Positions 13,524 through 25,111 of a stretch of 30,378 nucleotides of DNA are shown here, one piece after another; the first letter of the stretch is position 1; each line of letters opens with the position of its first letter. Position numbers and translations under genes: made by a program. Source of the DNA: Piromyces finnis finn (taxonomy: Eukaryota > Fungi > Neocallimastigomycota); contig MCFH01000134.1 of the NCBI GenBank assembly GCA_002104945.1, positions 1-30,378 of the forward strand. The letters are read 5' to 3'. Below the pieces are notes generated by a model that saw only the letters and a program-made list of their open reading frames with translations, was not told where the DNA came from and searched no databases.

Positions 13524-14492
13524 ATGGAAAAAATAATCATAGTTTTAATATATTTCACTCTTTTTATTACCCTTATTGATGTTGTAAAATCAACACCTTT
13601 AGGTGGTGAATATGTAGGCTCTTATCAATATACCAACTTTACTTTAAATGATATTAGAGAAATGAAAACGTAAGTATTTTTGAAAATAATAAAAGAATAA
13701 TTATAATGATAAAGTATAATAATAACACTCAAATATATCTGTTATATTGCTTTGTTTATAAATTTTAATAGTATACCTTGTAAGGAAGATTCAGAATGTC
13801 CTGACTATAGTAGAGGTTGTGAATTATTCACATTATATAACGGTCAAAATGATGTTGAATATAAATTATGTGATATGACCTTTATTTGCCATAAAAATGA
13901 AACATGTTTATCCCTTTATAATGCTTCCGTTTATTATATAAATGTAAGAGGTATCGAGTATGGTATTTCTTTTGTAAATAATAATACACTTGAACACAAA
14001 GAAATAGAAAACAAGGACAAAATAATATTACATTCCTGTAATGATGAAATGTATAAACATAATTTATGTGATACAGAAACTTGTTTAATGACTGAAAATT
14101 GTTATTCTGGTCAATGTATCCATCAAACATGTATGATTAATAGTGAAAATCCATCGTACATGTGTAGAATTGATTGGTTAAAGGATGAAGAAAAACCAGC
14201 AATGCTTTGCAAAATGGCAAATGGAGAACCATGTTCTGAAGACGAAGATTGTGATCAAATTAATGTTTGTGATAGTCGTTTCGACGTTTGTGCCTCTCCA
14301 CTTGTTGCTGAAGGTAGAGGAAAACGTGATTATTTCTTTATCATTGGTGTTGCTATTACCATCATTATTATTTTAGTTATAATAGCCGTTGTTACTTTAT
14401 TCGTTATGTCATGTATCTATGTCGCTATTGACGAATTAAAGAATATCCTCTTTAATATAAGTGATGACTACCGCCAATTAGAAAACAATTAA
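13524..14492 (+). CDS. Uncharacterised Cys-rich type I membrane protein (288 aa)
   Basis: Exons 13524-13669 and 13772-14492 (GTAAGT...TAG intron) total 867 nt in frame. Hydrophobic N-terminus MEKIIIVLIYFTLFITLIDVVKS; 18 ectodomain Cys; one long hydrophobic segment YFFIIGVAITIIIILVIIAVVTLFVMSCIYVAI; short tail. Confidence 0.88.
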
Positions 14493-16494
14493 ATCCATTT
14501 TTTTAAACCAAAAATAATGACTTTTAATTACCCAAGAATAATATTTAAAAAAGGAATAAAGACAAGAAGGGACACAACAAATAAGCCATCGAACAAAAAA
14601 AAAAATTAATAATAAACAAGAATCCTTATTATATATATATTAATCTATATTCATTTTTTTATTTAGTATTATTATAGAATTCATTATTTTAAAATATACA
14701 GTATAAAGTCATTCATTATTAAATATATATATACAATAACTCTTAAAATTAATTATTATTATCTTTTTAATTCTAAATATCATAAAATTTTTATTATTCT
14801 TCATAGTTTATGAAAAAAAAAAAAATGAAAAAGTTTGGGAAAATAAATAAATAAATAAAAAATGCATGTATATATCGTTATCCTATTATCATAGCAATCA
14901 TCCTCATTATTTTTTATCTATTTTGTAAATAATTAAATAATAGAATAAAATAAAATAAAAAAAACAAAGAAATTTTGTATAACAAAAATAAAAAGACAAA
15001 TAATTTATATTATTTTTAAATAAATAAACAATAAAATTTATTATGAAAAAAGATAAACTTTTAAAGTGTTATCATCCTAAATTAGTTGATAAAAAAGAAT
15101 AAATTTAATTAGTAAAATAAACTTTTTAAAGATTAATTAATTTTAAAAATAGAATAATTAAACTTTAAAAAAAGATTTTATTTCAATCTGTCATTATATC
15201 TAAACTAAATAATTGTTGATTTTTAAATGTAGAAATATAGGAGCGTAATAGAAGTGGTAGAAGACATAAAAAAAATAAATTTTTAAAGTTATTATTTAAA
15301 TAGTATAAATATGGTTTTATTTTTTAAAAAACACTATTTATATATAAAACTTTTAAATATTTGTTGATAATGAATTTAAAAAAAAAAAAAAGAATAAATT
15401 GATAGATAATTACTATTTATTTGAATTATAAATAAAAAAATAGTTTATTAACATAAACTTGAATAGTTATTAATATGAAATATAGTATTTAATGGTGGTG
15501 CTATAAATGGTTTTATCCTATTTTCCCTTTCATTCACTTTTTTTCAATCGTAAATTCTTTAATTATTAAAAATAAATTAAAAAAAAAAAGATTTTCTGTA
15601 ACCTGTCACAAAATTAATTAAATTAATATTATTGGTTGAATAATATGTAACATGTTACACAATTTAATGAAGAAGAATAAAATTAAAAGGTTAAAAATTC
15701 ATTTTTTATTTCATTGAAAAAAAAGTAAAGTTATATTTTACTATTATAAATACGATATGTAATAAAATTCAAATTATAGCATGAAGTACTCTCTTTCTTT
15801 TTAAAAAGTTTTCTTTCTTAAGATCAAATTAATTCATAATAAAATATAAAAAAAAAAAAAAAATTCGTTTTATATTTATATATGTTATGATGAACTATAC
15901 AATATTCGATAATACTCTTTATAAACTAATTATTTTTTTTTATCAATTTACCTATTTCTCTATTTATACAAAAAAAAAAAAAAAAGAAATTATACAGAGT
16001 TGTATATTCCTTTATAAAAAGATGATCATCCAAATCGTATTAGAAATTAATTCTCTTTAGGTAAAATTATTAATATCCTAATGCTTTTCATGCGTGAAAC
16101 AACACAGTATGGATTATTTTACACATTTTTTTTTATATATTTTATACATTTTTTTTATTTTTATTTTTTGCTTAATTGCATTTTAAATTAGAGAGTTGTT
16201 GTTATTGTTGTTGTTTGCTGTTATTGTCATATAATCATTAGCTAGTATCATTCATAGGAATTGCATTGGATTAATTGATTCTATATGTATAAAGGATGAA
16301 ATTCATGATACAAGTATTTATAAAAAAAAAAAATAGATTTTTATATTTAATAATTATATTATTATTGTTATTATTTTTCTATTACTGTTTTTTTTTTTTT
16401 TTTCTTTCTTTTTTTCTTTCTATTTATTTTTATTTATTTTTTTTTTCTTTCTTTCTTTCTATTTATTTTAAAAGACTTTTTCCCGTTTTCTTAT

Positions 16495-17843
16495 TCAGTT
16501 AGTATTTAAATTCCATTTCTTTGAACAGGTGTAGAGTTTTCCTTCTTGAACCATACTATCTAACATTTGAATGGTAGCACCTAAACACCATCCAGTTTCA
16601 ATATCATTGATTTTCTTGGCAAGAAGAATCTTTCTGTCAGTATTAATATCATAACCATAGCTAAGAAGAGCATAGAGATAGGTAAGATCTAAACAGAAAT
16701 ATGGATCATCCTTTGTTTTATCGGCTAATTCATTAGTGTTACTACAAACTTTACGGGCTAATTCAGCTATATCTTCAATTTCTGGATTAAGACCTAAACC
16801 TAAAACTGTGGTACGATCATAAAAGTAGGAAAAAGCATAGATATCATTATTGCTAAAGGTTTCTCTAATAGATGGTTGATAAATACCATCAAATGAACAT
16901 GGTTTTGTTTTACAAGCAAGTGTTTTATCAAAGAGTGCTGCTTTGACGGTCTTGTAACAATCACGGAAATTGATACCTTGTGTACCGGTGACAGTAACGG
17001 AACCATCAACTCCTTTAACTTCAATATCGTTATTGAAGGAATCTGGGAAACATTTATTGACAACAGAATGATCAGCAGTAATGTGTTCTGTGCTAATCAT
17101 ATTACTTAAAATAGATTTACGAGCTTCCATTAAACCATAACCTAAATAACTATGTTGGTAGAGAACATATTTAAAACTACCAAACTTAAGTTCAACACGA
17201 TAATCTTCATCTGATTCTGGTATTGGGTATTGTAAATGATCAATGGTAAGAGGTTCAAAAACAATTTGAGTAGAACCACCACCTAAATCCATAACAGCTA
17301 CAGTATCTTCTTTGTTTTCACTACCAATTTTACCTAAAAGATAATTTACGGTGATCCAAGCGTAAACACCTTTTGAAAAAAAAATTTTTTTTGAAAGATA
17401 ATAGGACAAATGAAAATTTTATATAAAATAATGTTATAGAATGATATAGATAGTTATGTTAATATACAGCTTTCAAAATTATTTTTTTTTATATTTTATG
17501 CATATTTGAAATTTTAAAAAATGAATGTAATTTAAATCTATAAATTAAATAATTGTATATATCTATTCTTTCTACAAAAGTTTTTTCTAAAAATTTATAT
17601 TTTATAATTATTATTATTATTTTTTTTTTTCAATTTATATTTTGTTTCATTTTTTCTTTCTTTTCTTTTTTTTTTTTTTAATTTATATTTTGTTTCATTT
17701 CTTTCTTTCTTTTTTTTTAATTTACTAAAATCAAATTATTATTACTATTATTATTATTTATAATAATGATTCTACTTTTTTTCTATAACCATTCTTCCAT
17801 CCACTATTTCATATTATATATTTTCTTATTTATATATTTATTT

Positions 17844-17884
<41 letters not shown>

Positions 17885-18756
17885 TATATGATTTACCTTC
17901 ATCTTTTCCATCCATAACAATAACTCCATTTTCTTTTGGTAAATTGAATGGATATTCCTTTCTAATTTTGTCTTCAACAGCTTTTAAAATAGCTTCACTT
18001 TTTTCTTCTCCTAAAAGTCTTAAACCTGCAGTTGCTTTTACTGCAATTGGTGTACAATCTTGAAGTTCTTTTGGAATTTTTTCCATGGCAAGTTGAAGTA
18101 AAGGTTCTAAAGAATTAGCAGCATCTTTTGGACTATTTGGGAATGAAGAAAGACCTGGTTTAATTTCTTTAAAGGTTTCATCTTCAAGGGTAGGTGAAAG
18201 GTTACAATAGTTGAAACGGTAAACGTGAATACGTGAACCAGTAGAACCTGCATCAATCATTAATGCATACTAATATGAATATGTTTAAAAAAAAAAAAAA
18301 GTATAAAAAGAATAAAAAAAATAGTATTAAAATAAAATTGTTTATACATTATTATATATTTATTTTTTTTATTACTTGAATTAAAGGAAGTTTTGGGTAT
18401 GGTATAGTACATTGCTTTGTTTTTAGTAAGGTTCTAACATTATTTTGAACAACTTGTTCTGGAATATTATCAACATTAACTGAATTTGAATCTTCTAGTA
18501 ACGTTTTATTAAGAAAAAAAAAAAAAAAAAAATAAATTAAAATAAATTATTACCTTTCCATATATATATATATATATATATTTTTAATCTTCATATTTAT
18601 TATTTATAATATACCATAAACAACATCATGTGATAATGGATTATCAAACAATAAGAAAATAATTACAATAAAAGCTCCTATAATAAAGAGTTTTTTCCAT
18701 AATTGTAATCTAAAAGTGGAATTGTTACCGTTGACTGAGCTATATCTTATATCCAT
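16495..18756 (-). CDS. GDA1: GDA1/CD39 (NTPDase) family Golgi guanosine diphosphatase, 502 aa, type II membrane protein
   Basis: Exons 18756-18615, 18494-18376, 18269-17897 and 17369-16495 total 1509 nt in frame, all GT-AG. All five apyrase-conserved regions are present: IDAGSTGSR, ATAGLRLL, DGKDEGVYAW, DLGGGSTQ, GWCLGA. A single N-terminal TM anchor (LFIIGAFIVIIFLLF) fits GDA1 better than YND1. Confidence 0.95.
17845..17883. repeat. (TTA)n microsatellite in GDA1 intron 3 (mirror (TAA)n at ~1654-1692)
   Basis: Direct reading; it accounts for the poly-Tyr spurious ORFs. Confidence 0.9.
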
Positions 18757-19558
18757 ATTTTATTTATTTATTTATTTATTATATATATTATAATATATAT
18801 TCTTTTTTTTTTTTTTTTTTTTATATATATTTATTTTTTTATATATTTTTTTTCTTTTTTCGTTTATTTTTATTTATATTAATGATTTTGATTTCAAAAC
18901 ATTAAAAAAAAGGAAATTTCAAAAGATATAATTAAAGTTCTTATTTATTTTTTTTTTTTTAATAATAAATAATAAAAAGATTTATTAAAAATTTAAAAAA
19001 AATAAAAAAACATTTTTTGTTTATTAAAATTTAATTAAAATTAATTAATAAAATTGAGAAAATTATAAAAGAAAAAAAATAATAATTGAAACTTGCATTG
19101 GATACTAAATAATAATTTTTCAATATTGCTAACTCTCCTTTTTTATAATTATTTTGGTAACATTCTCTTTTTCTTTTCAATATATAATTACTTTAAAGTT
19201 TTTTTTCTTTTTTTTATTAAAGATATATATATATATGTTTTAGTGTATAACAAAACTAAAAAAAATTTTATATTGAAAATTGGTATTTAAAGTGTAATGA
19301 TTAAAAAAAAAAAAAAAAAGAGAGAGAAGGAATCTATTTATATTTTATAAAAATGTTAAAACTAAAAATTATTTATGAAAGAGATGATGATAAATGCTAA
19401 TTATAATTACAAAAATTAAGGATAGTAATTAAAAAATTAAAAAATCAAAAAAAAAAAAAAAAAAAAAATTTATATATATATAAATATTGTTTAAATAATT
19501 ATTATAAAGAAAATCTTGTTTTTCATTAAATCTTATTTCTCATTATTAAAGAAAAGGA

Positions 19559-22500
19559 TTAAATATTTTGTAAATATTTTACTTTTGATCTAATATTAAT
19601 ATACATTATATTACCACGATCTGTAATTTCATAAAACCTAGTACAAACTCGATAAAAATCAATTGACTTTCGAATTAAAGATTTAAAATGTTCATTGGTC
19701 ATATTTAATTTACATCCACAACACTTAGATTTATGAATAAGACATTGTTCATGCTGTTGAAATATAAAATAGGTATAGGCTTCATTTCCTTGTCTATTTA
19801 GAATATAATATACTTTATCCCATGAAAAAGTGATAAAAATAATGAAATATCCAATAGAGTTGAGTATTGTTTCCACATATATTTTCTCCTTGATATGTTT
19901 ATCAAACAATGTAATGGCAATAATCTAAATGATATATATATATATTTATACATACATATAAACCATTGAATATATTAAATAATTTTTTTCTTATACATAA
20001 AAGAAATTTATATAAATTCATAGTTACATTTATTATTGGTCCAAAAATTAGTCCTACCCAGGCAGAGTAAGTAGTATAGATGCTACTTTTGAAAATACCA
20101 TTAAATGACAATAATGAATTTCCCTTGAGAAGAATAATAAATAATATAACAATTTCAATGGCATTATATATAATGCTGTTACTCTCATTTATACATTTAT
20201 AAAACCACAGTTTACTATGACTATCCTGGATTTCCATTAAATTATTATGTCTACCAACAAGACTGGATGAAAATAGAAGAATAAAATATACTATATAGAT
20301 AAAGATCATTTCAAAAAATAGTATTTTTATTTTCTTAATTTTCTTGATTACATTCTCATTAATATTCCCATCATTAATATATTCTATATCCGATAAACCT
20401 GATTTATCTTTTGTTCTGCTTAATTGAACGGATTGAATAGAACTAAGAATAGATTTAGTATCATTTCCTGTTTTGGATTGGGATTCTTCATTAATAACAA
20501 TATTACTAATACGAAGTGGTTTAGGATTATTTTGGGAGGTATCACTAATCATTTTTATTAACCGATTATTTTAATATTGTTCATGATGGATGATGATATA
20601 TCACTATGAACTCGGTTTAAACCATTAATAGGAGAAACTACAATACTACTGTTATTCTTATTAATGATTGGGGATTGATTTTGTCTTAGAGGATTATCTG
20701 ACATACTTCTATACCTAGTTTTTGCATTAGGTTTACTCTCAAATTGAATTTCATTATCTTGTTGTTGTTGATCATAATCACTACAACTATCCTCATCAAC
20801 AATTTCACGGTGACTTTTTGGTTTAGGTCTTACCCCCAATTCAAAATTCGTAATATTAATAAGGTATAAAATGAGAAGAGATAATGAAAATCCAATATGT
20901 TTACAGATAACTTTTAATAAACATCCATTTTGAGTGGTATATACATTAAATGTATTACTAATGAAACAAAAGAGAAAACCAACAGTAAAAAGTAATATTT
21001 TAATAAAACCTAAATCACAAATAATTCCTTGATTTCTAAATATAATTACAAATAAAATATAGAAACTAATGATAATATATATTGGAATATGAGAATAATT
21101 GATGATTTTTCCTATCAAACTTTTTCATTTCATTTTATTTTAAATGTTTTTTTTTATAAAATGTTTTTTTTTTAAAAAAAAATTATAATAATAATAATAA
21201 AAATTAATGTTATTTTGATAATAATAAAGCTTAATTATTCATTCTATACACATATATATATATTACCTTATATCAACCATTATTTTGGTGTTGCAATTTG
21301 TTTCTTTCCATCCATCTAAACATTTGCATATATTTTTAGTCGGATCGTTTTCTATGGTGTTATTAGAAGGTGGTATACATATGGCGGATTGTTGTATAGG
21401 ACAAGAATCCATACATATTGGTGTTTCACAGTATGTAATATTTTTTAAAGTGTCAATTCTTTTAATTTCATTGTTATTACATTCTTTTATTTCAATTTCA
21501 ATATCAGAGAATTTTAATTCGATTTTATCCTTATATCCTTCTATAGACAATCTTAATAAATAGGTATCAGGATTAGCATAGATACGTAAATTATTAAAAT
21601 TACATTTTCCTAAAGAATTGTTTTCAGTAAAATTAATAGAATATATATATATATATTATTTTATATATATTAAATATAATAATTAATATCATTTATTTCA
21701 TAATATATATTTCATCTTCATCATCATCTTCATCATCATCATCATCATTATTATTATTATTATTATTATTTTTATTAAATTTTACCAGAAGCAAATGAGG
21801 CAATATTTCCGGTTAAATAATAATTTTTTTCATTTCCTAGTATATGTTTTGATTTAAATTTTTTTTCCAGATTAACTTTTAAAATAATGTTATTATAATA
21901 ATTAGTTATATTCATAATATTATCATATTCATCATAAAGAATAAATAACATAGGTAAAAAATTTCCAGAAGTAATTCTATTTCCCCATGTATTGATAGTT
22001 GTATTCAGTGAAATATAGGCAGGTTTTGAAGTATAATCATTAATAATGTCATTAGCGGTGTTATCCTTAAACACATTTTCATTATTGTATTGTAAATCTA
22101 AGATATTATACTCCCTGGAATTTTGAGAATAAATGGCACCACCCAGAATGCCTGATTTATTATGTTTAAATATATTATTTTTTGAATGAGATATGGAAGA
22201 AATAGTAGTATTAATTCTAGAATAGAGAGCACCACCATAATTTTCTGCCTTATTTTCTTTAAATATATTGTCATTAATAATCATAATATAACTCCTATCA
22301 TTTCTTTTTTCTAATGAGTTATTATTATCATTTATGTATATTGCTCCTCCGTTTACTCCTTCATTTTTTTCAAAAGTATTAGAAGTTAAATTCAAATCTA
22401 AATTTAATGTGTTGTCGATGCTGTCGATGCATCTAAATTTACAAATATTTATGGATTATTCATTCATTATGTAGAATAATAATAATAATATATATTATTA

Positions 22501-25111
22501 ATATAATTATAATTTTTTAATTAGTTAATATATTAATTTTTTTTGTTAAAATTAGGAATAATAATATTATAAATTAATAGAAAAAACTTTTCTTTATTAA
22601 AAAAAAAAAAAAAAAACTCACATTACTCCACCATTACTATCACTTATGTTATTTGAAAAAGTATTGTTTACAATGTTAATATTTAAATCATTATTAAAAT
22701 GCATACATCCACCACATTTATATTTATTACGATTTTTATTTCCATCAAACTTTGAATTTGAAATTGTAATTGAAGTCTATTTGAATAAGCAATAATTATT
22801 ATAAATAAAAAAGTATAAAAGTTAATTTCATAAAATGTTTTTTTCTTTTCTTTTTTAATTATATAAAATTATTATCTTTATATTTCAAATAAATATTACT
22901 GTGTTTGAAGTAATATCAATAATTGGCCCATAAGATAAAATATTGGTTAGATTGGAATCGTTTATAATAATATTATTATGTTGTCCATGTATTTTAATAA
23001 AGGAACCATTGGTAATACAATTATTGACATTTATATTATTTATATCAATGGTAATTTCATTATTTTCTGACTCAAATAAAAATAAAGAACTTTCTCCAAG
23101 ACATTTAACATTATTTATTTCAATATGATGAAGGTAAATATCTTTATACATGAAATGAAGTAGTGCCTTGGCATTTGTCATAATATTATTAAGTTTAATA
23201 TTATTTAAATAATAAGTTGAATACTCATAAAACAATCCTACCAGTAATCTATTTTTTATATATAATTAATAGATATATTGAATTATTATTAAATATATTA
23301 TACATAATAATTATATTATTTACATATATATATTATATTTAATAAACTAATTACTGTAAATTGTTAAATTCTGTGTTAGATATATTAATTATTGAGTTTT
23401 TAGAATAGGATATAGCAGGGAAATTACTATTTGAAATAATATTACTAAACTTGGAATCAACGATATTAATTTTACAATCACTTCCAGAAAATATAGTATC
23501 ATTATCTAAAATAGAAATGTTTAAGATATAAGGAAGTATGATATGTGTTAATAAATTAAAAAAAAAAGTTTTTTTTTCTATAATTTTAAATAATTTTTGT
23601 AAAAAAATAAAGTTTATAAAAAGGAAGAAAAAAAAAAGTATAATACTATCGATTAACATTTACTTATAAAAGTTGAATTTCTGATTTTTATGTATCCTTG
23701 ATCATTAAATTTGTTTGTAATGTCAAATAAAAAACCATAAGCTGTATGACAATTGGAAAAAATTGTGTTTTCTATACTTTATAATAGAAAAATTATACAA
23801 AATGTAAATTAATATTTACACTTTTTTTTTTTTAACTAGCTGATATTTCTAGCTATAATCATCAATTATTGAAAATAATTTTTAGAATTAAAAATTTAAC
23901 TATTTACTCTAATATCAAAGTCTTTGCATTAATTAATGGGTATAAACTATTAGCATGAATATCTTCAAATTTTGAATTTTTGATTTCGACAAAATCATAT
24001 CCTGAATCAGAATTAATAAAAATTGCAGGATTATATTCATCCGTATCTTTTTGCATTCCTGAAAAATAACCTTTTTTTAATTATATACGTAACGATAATT
24101 ATAATTACAGAAATAGAAAAATATACTTAATATTTTTTTTATATAATTTTATAATTATCAATGTTGTATTAATAATTAATATTACATTCATTAAACAATA
24201 ACTTTGTATGGTCAATATAAAATAAACTATTATTATTTATAAAATTACAATGATCCCATTTTATCATTAAACATTCATAAAGTGTTGGATATACAACTTT
24301 GTCATGATTATTGATAGCATTAACGATTTTTTCGGTATTATTACTTTATTATTGTTAAATATTGAAATTAATATCACATTAAATAATAGAGAGGGGTATA
24401 GCAAAAAAATAAAATAAGAAAACATAATAATATATAAAATTAAATATATAATTTAATATTATATTATGGAATAGTATTATTTTTTTCAAAATGAAATTAA
24501 AATAAAAACAAAATGTATATATATGTACAAATTCAAAAAAAATATATATATTACTAAAAATTGCAATTAGTAAAAACAAAAGAAGGGTCAAGGTGTTTGG
24601 TATAAGTGCATGAGACATCAAATTCAAATATATAATAATTATGATTTTGAAATGTGCAATTATCAAATTTCATATATAAATTATTATTATAATATGATGT
24701 TGCCGTAATTAATGGAGTATAGGTATTTTCAGTGAAATAACTATTAAATATAATATTTCGGAATTGCACAGTTTCTCCTTTTTCATCATAGAAAAATAAC
24801 CAACGTTTACATAAAACATTAGAATAATCGAGCATTGTTCCATTCTTACTCCCAACGAATGTAATATTAACATTTACATTGATTTCTATAGCATATTCCT
24901 CTTTAACAATATTTGCCATATCATAATAGTCATCTAGAAAATTTATTATCAGTTCTTTATCATTTTGATTTTCTATGATTGTTTTTTGAAGGGTATAAAA
25001 ATTAACATCATTATTCCTAATATTAATGACTATTGATTGAATTCTGTTTACTTTTGTTATAAATATTATAAAAAAATAAAATAAACATATTGATTGAAAT
25101 ATTTTATTCAT
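19559..25111 (-). CDS. Large 7TM receptor: signal peptide, parallel beta-helix (pectin-lyase-like/Pmp-repeat) ectodomain, EGF-like Cys region, class C GPCR-like 7TM; ~1364 aa after correcting one frameshift
   Basis: Eleven phase-consistent GT-AG exons: 25111-24555, 24343-24186, 24070-23908, 23776-23664, 23505-23355, 23248-22900, 22776-22622, 22432-21786, 21609-21267, 21119-20028, 19924-19559. FxxN..GGA(I/L)Y repeats; CKCLDGWKETNC; seven hydrophobic segments with Cys above TM3 (NGCLLK) and in ECL2 (WFYKC). A +1 base is needed at 20569-20572. The exon 2 and exon 10 acceptors are the least certain. Confidence 0.85.
21712..21770. repeat. Compound (TCA/TCT)n-(TTA)n microsatellite in receptor intron 8
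   Basis: Direct reading; it lies between exons 22432-21786 and 21609-21267. Confidence 0.9.

Larger units (their letters stand above)
9768..19552. repeat. Right arm of ~19.55-kb inverted repeat (palindrome)
   Basis: Reverse complement of 1-9762. This arm holds the frame-intact gene copies and the indel-free 42-bp array. Confidence 0.98.

Noticed and set aside
13524-18756. GDA1 plus neighbouring surface-protein genes as a functional glycosylation cluster
   Set aside because: GDA1 is a housekeeping gene and only adjacency supports the link.
1-19552. Inverted arms as terminal inverted repeats of a transposon, Polinton or foldback element
   Set aside because: There is no internal region between the arms and no transposase, integrase or polymerase; the cargo is ordinary intron-containing host genes.
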